Positions 1 to 9,062 of a stretch of DNA of 42,412 nt are shown here, one piece after another. The notes beneath the pieces were generated by a model. The model ran no database searches. It saw nothing but the letters and a program-made list of their open reading frames with translations, and was not told the origin of the DNA. How positions within the stretch are numbered: the stretch's first letter is position 1; each line of letters begins with the position of its first letter. The stretch comes from an uncultured archaeon (GTDB lineage: Archaea > Iainarchaeota > Iainarchaeia > Iainarchaeales > JAAZKV01): the NCBI GenBank assembly GCA_964538165.1, contig CAZIEL010000001.1:1-42412 (forward strand), given 5' to 3'. Made by a program: the position numbers and the translations under genes.

Positions 1-53
1 GGAAACAAATGCACAAACTTTAGTTAAAATTTTTTTAATCAAAAGTGATACTA

Positions 54-230
54 ATGGAAGAAAGAGCACAAGTTTCTTTTGAGTACCTGTTAACATCAGT
101 GTTTGCAATAATGCTCGCAATAAGCGCAGCGATAATTGTTGAAACCCTCCGCTCAATCGCAACAACCGCGCAAACAGATATATTGACAACAAGATCAAAA
201 GTAATAGAAAATATAATGAATAACGCTTAA
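54..230 (+). CDS. small class III signal peptide (archaeal type IV prepilin-like) protein
   Basis: In ORF 45..230 the first ATG at 54 gives MEERA/QVSFEYLL followed by a ~20-aa hydrophobic helix. This matches the archaeal prepilin pattern (K/R)(G/A)-Q-x-S/A-x-E. The gene lies immediately upstream of an A24 prepilin peptidase. Confidence 0.55.
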   Translation: MEERAQVSFEYLLTSVFAIMLAISAAIIVETLRSIATTAQTDILTTRSKVIENIMNNA

Positions 231-298
231 TTGTTTGAAGTAAATGCTAAATAAATCACACAAAAAAACTTTATAAACACAAGAAACCTAATTTTAGA

Positions 299-1414
299 AT
301 GATAGAAAACCTAATTTATTACTCTGCAATAGTTGTATCACTACTTGGATTGCTTGCTGCAACATACACAGATTTAAAGGCAAGAATAGTGCCAAACAAA
401 TTGAATTATGGGCTTGCAATAACAGGATTACTAATTTTTGCAATTCAATCAATACTTGTATCTGATCCAACACCATTAATCTATTCAATATTTGGGCTGA
501 TTTATGGATTTGTATTTGGGTGGATCCTTTGGAAAATAGGTGTGTTTGCGGGAGGAGATGTAAAATTGTTTATGGGGCTTGGCGCACTAAACCCTCTAAC
601 ACCAGCTCTAATAAAAGCAGGATTACTATCAACAGCAATAATCCCCCTATTTCCAATTAGTTTATTTTTATACTCCTTAATTGCATTTTTGCCATACGGA
701 TTGTTTGTAATTTGCATTAAATTAATGCAAAATAAAAAGACCCAAAAAATTATTTTTGAAGAAATGAAACCAAAAATAATACTTGCAATACACTCATCAT
801 TATTTGCAGCTGCAATTTATACAATTCTCTCAACATATCAAATTAACACTTGGATAACAATACTAGCACTAATTATTTGGGGCTTTTTTGGGGCAAACAA
901 AAAGTATGTAACATTACTCTCAATAATTGTAGCAATAATAATTAATTTGACTCTCTTACTTCAAGGAACAATCACTGCAATGCTTGTAAGCGTAATACTT
1001 TACACACTAATCAAACTATTATTCTCAACAAGAAAACTTCTTTCAAAAGAAATTGAAGTGAAAAAACTTCAAGAAGGAATGATTCCTGCAAAAACACTTA
1101 TTTGGAAAGGAAAAAATATAGTAGAAGCTGAAGGATTTAGCTTAAAGCAAATAATTAAGTATATAAAACAACAAAATACAGTAGCACTTAACGAAGTAAT
1201 TAATCCAAAAAACGAGATAATTTCAGCAAGAAAAGCAAGGGGGTTAACAATAGAAGAATTAAAAGAAGTAAAAAAATTGGCTGCAAAAGGGTTAATCCCA
1301 AAAAAAATGTTAATAAAAGATTCAATGCCTTTTGTACCAACAATGCTTCTTGGATACATCCTTTGCTTAGTGTTAGGGGATTTTGCTTTGTTAATAATAA
1401 TGGGGCTGTTTTAA
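299..1414 (+). CDS. A24-family prepilin/preflagellin peptidase (PibD/FlaK-like), extended form
   Basis: Polytopic membrane protein with both catalytic Asp motifs (YTDLKARIVPN and AGGDVKLF) and the C-terminal PFVP...LG helix. At 371 aa it is larger than typical ~230-250 aa archaeal enzymes, owing to extra TM helices and a charged soluble insert. Confidence 0.8.
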   Translation: MIENLIYYSAIVVSLLGLLAATYTDLKARIVPNKLNYGLAITGLLIFAIQSILVSDPTPLIYSIFGLIYGFVFGWILWKIGVFAGGDVKLFMGLGALNPLTPALIKAGLLSTAIIPLFPISLFLYSLIAFLPYGLFVICIKLMQNKKTQKIIFEEMKPKIILAIHSSLFAAAIYTILSTYQINTWITILALIIWGFFGANKKYVTLLSIIVAIIINLTLLLQGTITAMLVSVILYTLIKLLFSTRKLLSKEIEVKKLQEGMIPAKTLIWKGKNIVEAEGFSLKQIIKYIKQQNTVALNEVINPKNEIISARKARGLTIEELKEVKKLAAKGLIPKKMLIKDSMPFVPTMLLGYILCLVLGDFALLIIMGLF

Positions 1415-1866
1415 TGAAAATGAAAGGACAAGTTGCAATAGAATTTATGTTCATAATACTAATAGTAATCGTTTACATAACCACTGTAACAATGCCCCTT
1501 GTAAAAGAATCAAAAGATGCAGTAACGGATGTTGATTCAATAGCAAGAGCGAATAACGAAACACAAAAAATAGTTAATGCAATAAATGATATTTATTTAA
1601 TGGGAGAAGGAAGCAGACAAACCGTCACGGTTTATGTTCCAGAAAACACAACCATATTTTGCGAAGATAAAAACTTTTCATTCCAAACAAAAATGGCCCT
1701 AAAACCATACCCAATTGAATGCAGTAGCGGAACCTGCATAAAAACATTTAACATGCCAAAAAATGTTCAAATAGAATGTAATTTACAATCACTATCAGGA
1801 CCCGCAAAATATATAACCACCATTGAAAAAGGCACTTCAAAAATAACATTTGCACAAGGAGTTTGA
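1414..1866 (+). CDS. prepilin-like protein (class III signal peptide)
   Basis: The in-frame ATG at 1414 overlaps the peptidase stop (TAATG). The N-terminus MKMKG/QVAIEFMFIILIVIVYI is a KG-Q cleavage motif followed by a hydrophobic helix. Confidence 0.6.
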   Translation: MKMKGQVAIEFMFIILIVIVYITTVTMPLVKESKDAVTDVDSIARANNETQKIVNAINDIYLMGEGSRQTVTVYVPENTTIFCEDKNFSFQTKMALKPYPIECSSGTCIKTFNMPKNVQIECNLQSLSGPAKYITTIEKGTSKITFAQGV

Positions 1867-1870
1867 TTAA

Positions 1871-2188
1871 ATGAAAGGCCAAGTTGCTTTTGAAAGCCTA
1901 TTCATAATGCTTGTTGTAATCAGCGCAGGAATCGCAATAACAAGTATTTACCTACAATCCCATGATGAAAGCATTGCCCTAACAATAACAAAAGAAGAAA
2001 CCGTGAAACAATTGTCTGCAAAAGATTCTTTTTCAGTAATACAAAAGCTGGATTTAAATAAAATTAGTTCAAGCGAATTAACTATCGATATTTATCTTTC
2101 TCCAAAAACAACCCTTGATATTGACGCAATTAAATCAAAAATACTCTCAAAAACTACTTACACAACACTTAACATTAACATAAAATGA
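1871..2188 (+). CDS. prepilin-like protein (class III signal peptide)
   Basis: N-terminus MKG/QVAFESLFIMLVVISAGI. It is adjacent to other prepilin-like genes. Confidence 0.6.
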   Translation: MKGQVAFESLFIMLVVISAGIAITSIYLQSHDESIALTITKEETVKQLSAKDSFSVIQKLDLNKISSSELTIDIYLSPKTTLDIDAIKSKILSKTTYTTLNINIK

Positions 2189-2250
2189 TTACAAGTTCGT
2201 CAAGAAACGAAAATAAACAAACCTTTTTTTAAAGCACAAATAAAAAAATC

Positions 2251-2589
2251 TTGATGAATGAAAAAACTATTTCACAAATATGTTTAATCATTATAACAAT
2301 AGGCATGCTAATATTTGTAATAACATATAAAGAAGAATTTTCAAGAAAAACCATTGGAGAAATGATTGAAGTTGGAGAAAAAGGAGAAATAATAGGAAGA
2401 ATTGAGTATGTAATAAAAAATGATCCAATAACGATGTTCGTTCTAACAGATGGAAATAAAGCGCTCATTTATTATCCAAAAGCCACAGACCTAAACAAAA
2501 ATAATATTGTAAAAATCTATGCAGAAACTGAAGAAATAAATCCCACTCAAAAAAAATTTTTTGCCCAAAAAGTGGTGAGGGCTGAATGA
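2251..2589 (+). CDS. hypothetical membrane-anchored protein (single N-terminal TM, small beta-rich domain)
   Basis: 112-aa ORF with the N-terminal hydrophobic segment ICLIIITIGMLIFVI. Its stop overlaps the next gene's start (ATGA). No recognisable catalytic motif. Confidence 0.4.
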   Translation: MMNEKTISQICLIIITIGMLIFVITYKEEFSRKTIGEMIEVGEKGEIIGRIEYVIKNDPITMFVLTDGNKALIYYPKATDLNKNNIVKIYAETEEINPTQKKFFAQKVVRAE

Positions 2590-3749
2590 TACTAATTTAC
2601 TGTGCACTCGGAATAATTGCAGGAACAATTTGCGGACTACTTCCAGGACTCCACTCAAATAATGTTGCAATAATATTTCTTGCAACCCCTCTATTTGGAA
2701 CGGAAGCAACAGTGTTTATGTTATGTCTTTGCACAACACAAGCATTTGTTGAGTTTGTTCCATCCACTTATTTAGGAGCACCAAATCCAAATACTTTTGA
2801 AAGCATTTTACCTGCACAAAGAATGATGCTAGAAGGAAACGCACTTGAAGCAATAACATACGCAGTACTCGGCGGCATAGTCGCAGTACTACTTGGCACA
2901 ATTCTAACTCCTTTTTTCTTTTTATTCATTGAACAAAATTCTGAACAAATAAAACTAATTACGCCCATAATTCTCTTTTTTGCATTAATCCTCTTTATTG
3001 CCCGAGAAAAAGGAACCAGATTAAAAATACTCGCATTTTTCATAATTGCCGCATCAACCACACAAAGTTTGTTATTCAAAGACCAAGTATTCCCCTTAAT
3101 TTGCGGATATTTTGGAACCGCGGGACTAATTTACTCGTTGAAAGAAAAAAAAGCAATGATAAAACAAAAAGAGAATTTCCAAATTGATCCAAAAAAAATC
3201 ATTGATTCACTAAAAGGTCTCATTGGCGGAGCAATTGTGGCTGTAATGCCTGGAATTGGAAGCAACACTGCCGCAGGAATAATAAATGTATTTAGTAAAA
3301 CAAAGGATGAAAAAGGTTATTTGACAATGCTTGGATCAATTAGCCTATCAAACTTCTTTTTTTCATTCTCCACACTAATAGCACTACAAAAAGCAAGAAA
3401 CGGGACAATGCTTGCTTTAAAAGACAAAATATTTTACACCCAAGAAACTCTGTTCTTAGGAACAACAATAATGTTAATTTCTGCAGGAATAGGAGCAATT
3501 ATCACAATATTTATGGCAAAAAAATTCAACAAAATAATCGAAAAAATTAATATAACCAAAATTACAATAGCAAGCATTGCATTTATGATATTTTTAGTTT
3601 GTATTTTTAATGGAGTTATTGGATTTACAACCTTAATTTTTTCAACAAGCCTTGGATTATTTGTACTAAGCAATAAATTAAACAGAAGTACTTGCATGAG
3701 TTCACTTATCGTACCAACTATCCTTTTCTATGTATTCATACTAACATAA
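2586..3749 (+). CDS. DUF112 / TctA-like polytopic membrane protein
   Basis: About 10-12 TM helices with duplicated glycine-rich motifs (GIIAGTICGLLPGLHSN and GGAIVAVMPGIGSNTAAG) typical of the TctA/DUF112 family. Confidence 0.55.
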   Translation: MILIYCALGIIAGTICGLLPGLHSNNVAIIFLATPLFGTEATVFMLCLCTTQAFVEFVPSTYLGAPNPNTFESILPAQRMMLEGNALEAITYAVLGGIVAVLLGTILTPFFFLFIEQNSEQIKLITPIILFFALILFIAREKGTRLKILAFFIIAASTTQSLLFKDQVFPLICGYFGTAGLIYSLKEKKAMIKQKENFQIDPKKIIDSLKGLIGGAIVAVMPGIGSNTAAGIINVFSKTKDEKGYLTMLGSISLSNFFFSFSTLIALQKARNGTMLALKDKIFYTQETLFLGTTIMLISAGIGAIITIFMAKKFNKIIEKINITKITIASIAFMIFLVCIFNGVIGFTTLIFSTSLGLFVLSNKLNRSTCMSSLIVPTILFYVFILT

Positions 3750-3752
3750 GTC

Positions 3753-4121
3753 ATGTGGGAGATAAAAAAAAGTCTCTTAGAAGACCTGTGCAGTACCGCT
3801 AAAAATTATTTGCCTGACGAATTTATGTGTTTTCTATCTGGAGATAAAAAAAAAGAAACAATAACTGAAATTGTTTTATTGCCAAATTATTCAAGCAGCA
3901 CAGCAGTAATGATAAATGAATTAAACATCCCTCTTGATGATACAATTATTGGCACAATGCATTCTCACCCAAACTCAAGCAACCACGCAAGTAGTGCGGA
4001 TAAAAAGATGTTTAAAAAATATAAATTAAACCTGATTTTAGGATACCCTTTTGTCATAGAGAATATTGGATTTTATGACGAAAAAGCAAACCCCATAACA
4101 ATTATGCCAATCAGCGACTAA
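3753..4121 (+). CDS. JAB/MPN (JAMM) domain metalloprotease
   Basis: Exact JAMM motif H-x-H-x7-S-x2-D (HSHPNSSNHASSAD) with an upstream Glu (TEIVLL). 122-aa stand-alone MPN domain. Confidence 0.75.
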   Translation: MWEIKKSLLEDLCSTAKNYLPDEFMCFLSGDKKKETITEIVLLPNYSSSTAVMINELNIPLDDTIIGTMHSHPNSSNHASSADKKMFKKYKLNLILGYPFVIENIGFYDEKANPITIMPISD

Positions 4122-4158
4122 CAAACAAAATTAAAAAGAGAAAAAGCATTATTTAAAC

Positions 4159-4581
4159 ATGAAAAATGGACAAATTAGTCTTGATTTACTATTAACAATT
4201 ATAGTAGTCATTATTGTAGTTACTTCATTTGCATTTGTTAGTCAAAGTACAAGACAATCTCAAGACATAATGATTGCACAAAGCCAACTAAAAGAAATAA
4301 GTTCGAAAACTGCGGCGTTTATTACCACCACAAAAACAATTTCGGACACAAATTATTACATTGAACTAAAAATCAACAAAATTAGATACACTGATTCCAA
4401 AGGAAATAACAAAAGCGCTTATCCCCAAATAAAAATACTTGATGGGAATAAACTTATTACCCTACTTGAAATAGATGGAGTCACACTTGACGCTAATGAT
4501 TACTTTTCAAAGTCCAAAAATACTAACATCAATGTTGATGAAGTAAAAACAATAGGAAAAATGGTGATAAGTAATGCATAA
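4159..4581 (+). CDS. prepilin-like protein (class III signal peptide)
   Basis: N-terminus MKNG/QISLDLLLTIIVVIIVV. Confidence 0.55.
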   Translation: MKNGQISLDLLLTIIVVIIVVTSFAFVSQSTRQSQDIMIAQSQLKEISSKTAAFITTTKTISDTNYYIELKINKIRYTDSKGNNKSAYPQIKILDGNKLITLLEIDGVTLDANDYFSKSKNTNINVDEVKTIGKMVISNA

Positions 4582-5080
4582 AGGGCAAATATTCTCAACA
4601 GATTTTCTTTTTGGAATGATTCTTGTAATACTTGGAGTAGGACTACTTTTAGCTTCATTTGAGATAAACAGTTATAATACAAAAGAAAACGCACTAAGAT
4701 CAATTATGAAAGAAAAAGTAGAAACAGCAGCACTTGTTCTTGTTAATAACATTGATTTTGATTGCAATTATGGAGGAACTGAAATAGCTTATTCAATTAA
4801 CACTGATAAATTAAACTTGGAGACCACAAATTTAATCAAACTAAAAGAAAAACTCGGACTTAGCGATTACAATGTAAACATATCCCTCTCAACACCATTT
4901 GTTGCATACGTAACTGAAATCTTACCAAACGACAATATAATTGGGATAGATCTTAATGTATTAACTTGCACAAACGCAATAAAATATGCGGACATAAATA
5001 AATGCATAAGTACTAGCATAAGCAGTTGCCAAAGCACTGCAATTCAACTTAAGAAACTCTCAATCAAGGTGGCTAAATGA
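4574..5080 (+). CDS. prepilin-like protein (class III signal peptide)
   Basis: N-terminus MHKG/QIFSTDFLFGMILVILGV. It overlaps the upstream gene by 8 nt. Confidence 0.55.
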   Translation: MHKGQIFSTDFLFGMILVILGVGLLLASFEINSYNTKENALRSIMKEKVETAALVLVNNIDFDCNYGGTEIAYSINTDKLNLETTNLIKLKEKLGLSDYNVNISLSTPFVAYVTEILPNDNIIGIDLNVLTCTNAIKYADINKCISTSISSCQSTAIQLKKLSIKVAK

Positions 5081-5352
5081 AAGGATTTATGTTTTCAATT
5101 GAAGGATTATTTTCTATTACAATAATTTTACTCGTCTTATCCATAATTGCACTCAACGCCCCAATGAAACAAACCGAAACAAACATGCTTGAAATGAAGC
5201 TCCAATCAACAAAACAAACTACAATGTACTTTAATTTAGGCGAAAAAACAAATGACATTAATGCAATAACTCAATATTGCGCAAAAACTTACAAATATGA
5301 TACTTTTGCTAAAATAGTTATCGAAAAAACTGTGTGTGAGGGAGTAAAATGA
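5077..5352 (+). CDS. prepilin-like protein (class III signal peptide)
   Basis: N-terminus MKG/FMFSIEGLFSITIILLVL. ATGA overlap with the upstream gene. Confidence 0.5.
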   Translation: MKGFMFSIEGLFSITIILLVLSIIALNAPMKQTETNMLEMKLQSTKQTTMYFNLGEKTNDINAITQYCAKTYKYDTFAKIVIEKTVCEGVK

Positions 5353-5747
5353 AAGGATTCGCAGGATTACTCTTCGTACTAGCAATATTTATTCTTGCGG
5401 GGATACTACTTAGTCTAAACTTTGAGACAAAAGGAGAACAATCAACCAAAGAAATACTTTCTGAAACAAAAATGTTCACTAGCAATTATTCTATAATAAT
5501 GAGCCAAATCGCAGCAGATTGTAATACAAAAATATTTGATATAAATAGATGTATTGATGATAATGGAAGCACAGTACTACAAAAAATCAAGCCTTCATTC
5601 TTAGATTGTAACAAAACCCCTTCAACAAAAAACGGAGTTGACAACAACATGGCTTACTTTGTACTAACTTGTAAAGGAGAAAAATATACGGGGGACGAAA
5701 AAACAGTTTACCTTGACATAAACAAATTTTACAATATTAAAAAATAG
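5349..5747 (+). CDS. prepilin-like protein (class III signal peptide)
   Basis: N-terminus MKG/FAGLLFVLAIFILAGILL. ATGA overlap with the upstream gene. The mature part is Cys-containing. Confidence 0.5.
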   Translation: MKGFAGLLFVLAIFILAGILLSLNFETKGEQSTKEILSETKMFTSNYSIIMSQIAADCNTKIFDINRCIDDNGSTVLQKIKPSFLDCNKTPSTKNGVDNNMAYFVLTCKGEKYTGDEKTVYLDINKFYNIKK

Positions 5748-5791
5748 TGCTGAATTGAGATTTAAAATCCTTTCTTTAACGAAATCTTATT

Positions 5792-7540
5792 ATGAATGCA
5801 AAAAAAAGAATAGCAGTAATCGATTACGATGTTTGCAATTATGACAACTGCGGAAACTACCTTTGCGAAAAAGTATGCCCCTTAAATAGAACTGGAAAAA
5901 AATGCATTGTGCACGAAGTTTTGCAAAAACCCATAATTGCTGAAGAAGTTTGCATTGGTTGCGAAATATGCCAAAACCGGTGCCCTTTCAAAGCAATAAG
6001 CATAGTTAACTTATCATTTAACTTAGATGAGCCAATTCATTCATTTGGAAAAAACTCTTTTAGATTACACGGATTACCAACCCCAAAAGAAAAAGCAGTA
6101 TTAGGATTTGTTGGAAGAAATGGGATAGGAAAAACAACAATTGTAAAAATCCTCTCAGGAAACATCATCCCAAACTTTGGAGAAAAAACAAGCGACAAAC
6201 AAAAAGTGATTGATTATTACAAAGGAAAAGAAGCCCAAGAATATTTCAAAAAATTATATGTTGATGGAATAGAAGTTGCAGTAAAACCACAAAATATTGA
6301 ATTAATCAAACCCACAGGAATTGTAAAAGACATACTAAAAAAAGTTGATGAACGCGGAATGCTTCAAGACGTTGCCAAACAAATGAACATAGAAGGAATA
6401 TTACACCGAGATGCATCAAAGTTATCTGGGGGAGAATTCCAAAAATTGGCAATTGCAGCAACGGGATTAAAAAAAGCGGATCTATATTTCTTTGATGAAC
6501 CAAGCTCATTTTTAGATATAAAAGAAAGATTACGGGCAGCAAAGTTTATCAGAAAACTCGCAGAAACTGCAGCAGTAATAGTTGTTGAACACGACTTAGT
6601 ACTGCTTGATTACTTAAGTGATTATGTAAACCTATTGTATGGAAAACCAAGAGTATATGGATTTGTTTCCCAAGTAAAAACAACAAGAGAAGGGATAAAC
6701 ACATACCTTGAAGGATACTCAAAAGATGAAAATTATAGGTTTAGAGATTATGCAATTGATTTCTTTGGTGGACAAAGAATGGACAAAAAAGAAAGAAAAG
6801 AAAAAATAACTGAATGGCCAAAAATAGAAAAAAAGCTGGGTTCATTCAAATTGTGTGTTGAAGAAAACAGCGTAAGAAAAAATGAAATAATTGGAGTTGT
6901 TGGACCAAACGGAATAGGAAAAACAACATTTATGAAAATACTTGCTGGAGAAATAAAACCAGACAACATAGAAATAATGCAACAAGCCAAAATTTCTTAC
7001 AAACCACAATACATTTCTTATACTGGAGAAAAAACAGTAATAGAACTATTTGAAGGTGCAATTAGTGATATAAAACAAACAATAATTAAACCACTTGAAC
7101 TTGAAGAACTTCTAGAAAAAAAAGCAAAAAACCTTTCGGGAGGAGAACTACAAAGAGTATCAATAGCACTATGTTTAAGCAAAAAAGCTGATTTATACTT
7201 ACTTGATGAACCAAGCGCATATTTAGATGTAGAACAAAGACTGGCAGTTGCAAAAGCAATAAGATCCCACATGGATGTAACAGATTGTTCAGCATTAGTA
7301 ATAGATCACGATTTGACATTTATTGATTTTTTGAGTGACAAAATAATGGTTTTTAGCGGAGAACCCGCAATAGAAGGAAAAGCAGAAGGACCCTTTTCAG
7401 TAGAAGAAGGAATGAACAAATTACTAAAATACTTAGATATTACAGTAAGAAGAGATAAAGACACTAAAAGACCAAGAATCAACAAACACGATTCGGTTCT
7501 GGATAGAGAACAAAAACAAGCGGGAAACTATTATTATTAA
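5792..7540 (+). CDS. abce1: ABCE1 / RNase L inhibitor homologue (ribosome recycling ATPase)
   Basis: N-terminal double 4Fe-4S ferredoxin-like Cys clusters (CNYDNCGNYLCEKVCP, CIGCEICQNRCP) are followed by two ABC cassettes (GRNGIGKTT/LSGGE/FFDEPS and GPNGIGKTT/LSGGE/LLDEPS). 582 aa. Confidence 0.95.
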   Translation: MNAKKRIAVIDYDVCNYDNCGNYLCEKVCPLNRTGKKCIVHEVLQKPIIAEEVCIGCEICQNRCPFKAISIVNLSFNLDEPIHSFGKNSFRLHGLPTPKEKAVLGFVGRNGIGKTTIVKILSGNIIPNFGEKTSDKQKVIDYYKGKEAQEYFKKLYVDGIEVAVKPQNIELIKPTGIVKDILKKVDERGMLQDVAKQMNIEGILHRDASKLSGGEFQKLAIAATGLKKADLYFFDEPSSFLDIKERLRAAKFIRKLAETAAVIVVEHDLVLLDYLSDYVNLLYGKPRVYGFVSQVKTTREGINTYLEGYSKDENYRFRDYAIDFFGGQRMDKKERKEKITEWPKIEKKLGSFKLCVEENSVRKNEIIGVVGPNGIGKTTFMKILAGEIKPDNIEIMQQAKISYKPQYISYTGEKTVIELFEGAISDIKQTIIKPLELEELLEKKAKNLSGGELQRVSIALCLSKKADLYLLDEPSAYLDVEQRLAVAKAIRSHMDVTDCSALVIDHDLTFIDFLSDKIMVFSGEPAIEGKAEGPFSVEEGMNKLLKYLDITVRRDKDTKRPRINKHDSVLDREQKQAGNYYY

Positions 7541-7969
7541 TTAATCAAATATTGATTTTCTTGAAACCGGGGCCAAAGAAGACTTAGCTATGTTTGTTAA
7601 ATTAAAAAACTTTTTCTCACAATGATCCGCGCTAAGAATAATATTCCCCTTCAATTTACAAACAAAAACACTCAAACACACCATGGAAACTTTTCCTCGA
7701 TACCTTTCAACAAACTCAACCTTTTTTTTAAACTCAATAGAATTACAAACACAACCAGTTTCTTCTTTAATTTCTCTACGAATGGCTTGAGTTATAGATT
7801 CTTTGGGTTCTACTTTACCCCCCGGAAGCTGCCATTTTCCAATATAAAGAGAATTTGCCCCACTCCGCTTTAATAGTAATATATCTCCTTTAGAGTCAAA
7901 AACTAGTGCTTCAACAAGATTAACACAATTAGAATTACCCTTATGAGAGAGTTTAGAACTTACTACCAT
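7541..7969 (-). CDS. Nudix hydrolase
   Basis: Complete Nudix box G-x5-E-x7-REUxEExGU (GKVEPKESITQAIRREIKEETG). Confidence 0.85.
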   Translation of the reverse strand: MVVSSKLSHKGNSNCVNLVEALVFDSKGDILLLKRSGANSLYIGKWQLPGGKVEPKESITQAIRREIKEETGCVCNSIEFKKKVEFVERYRGKVSMVCLSVFVCKLKGNIILSADHCEKKFFNLTNIAKSSLAPVSRKSIFD

Positions 7970-8023
7970 GCAGAGATAACACTTGAAAGTTAATTTAAAA
8001 CTATTTCCTGACTACAAATTCTT

Positions 8024-9058
8024 ATGAAAGTACTAAAAATTGACAAAAGAGAGAACGAAATAATCTGTGTCCCTGATAGCCTTGATGACCTTTGGCATCT
8101 TGAAAAAATAATTGATAAAAACGACCTTGTTTATGGTTCAGTAGATAGAAAAATAAAACCAAAAAAAGAAGGAGAAAAAGCCCAAAGAATAAAACTTTAT
8201 GTGGAACTCCAAGTTGAAGATGCACACTTTCAAGAATTCAGCGAAAATTTGAGAATCAACGGAATAATACTTAGCGGACGACCTGAAGAATATATTGAGA
8301 TAAAAAGCCACCAAAGTTTAGAACTAACTCTTGGAGAAAAACTGAAAATAAAAAAACAAATTCTTAACAAATGGCAAATAGATAGAATAAAAAATGCAGA
8401 AAAAGCAAGCGCGGCTAGCGGACTTTTAGTAATCTTACTAGATGACGAAGTCGCAGAACTGGCATTTGTTAATCAATATAGTATAAATAAAAAGGCCACC
8501 ATAAAAGAAGATAAAAAAGGCAAGAGATTTGAAACAGAAAAAAGTGATTATTTTGATAAAATACTTGAGAAAATAAAATTACTTGAAGTAAAAAAAATAT
8601 TGATTGCGGGTCCAGGATTTGTCAAAGAAAATTTAAAAAAATTCATTGAAGATAAAAAAATAAAAGGAATACCTCAAATAGTAATTGAAAACACTAACTC
8701 GATTGGAGATACTGGGTTTAATGAACTTGCAACACAAGGAAAACTAGAAAAAGTTGAAAAAGAATTGCAAATAAGTAAAGAAGCAAAAACAATTGAAGAA
8801 TTTTTGGCGCTTCTTGCCAAAGGAAAAGCAGAATACGGATTTGATAAAGTAAAGGAAGCAATTGAAAACGGAGCTGTGGCAAAACTAATTGTCTCAGAAA
8901 CATTCCTAATGCAAAATAGAGACAAAACCGAAAGCATACTTTTAATTGCAGAAAAAAACGGTTGCGACACCCAAATAATTTCTTCAAAAAACCCCCAAGA
9001 AAAACAAATATTTAGTTTTGGCGGAATAGTTGCTACCTTAAGATACAAAATAGAGTGA
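8024..9058 (+). CDS. pelA: Pelota (Dom34) mRNA surveillance / ribosome rescue factor
   Basis: 344 aa. The N-terminus MKVLKIDKRENEIICVPDSLDDLWHLEKII and the eRF1-like central and C-terminal domains (ILIAGPGFVKE..., GGIVATLRY) are typical of archaeal Pelota. Confidence 0.9.
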   Translation: MKVLKIDKRENEIICVPDSLDDLWHLEKIIDKNDLVYGSVDRKIKPKKEGEKAQRIKLYVELQVEDAHFQEFSENLRINGIILSGRPEEYIEIKSHQSLELTLGEKLKIKKQILNKWQIDRIKNAEKASAASGLLVILLDDEVAELAFVNQYSINKKATIKEDKKGKRFETEKSDYFDKILEKIKLLEVKKILIAGPGFVKENLKKFIEDKKIKGIPQIVIENTNSIGDTGFNELATQGKLEKVEKELQISKEAKTIEEFLALLAKGKAEYGFDKVKEAIENGAVAKLIVSETFLMQNRDKTESILLIAEKNGCDTQIISSKNPQEKQIFSFGGIVATLRYKIE

Positions 9059-9062
9059 GCTT

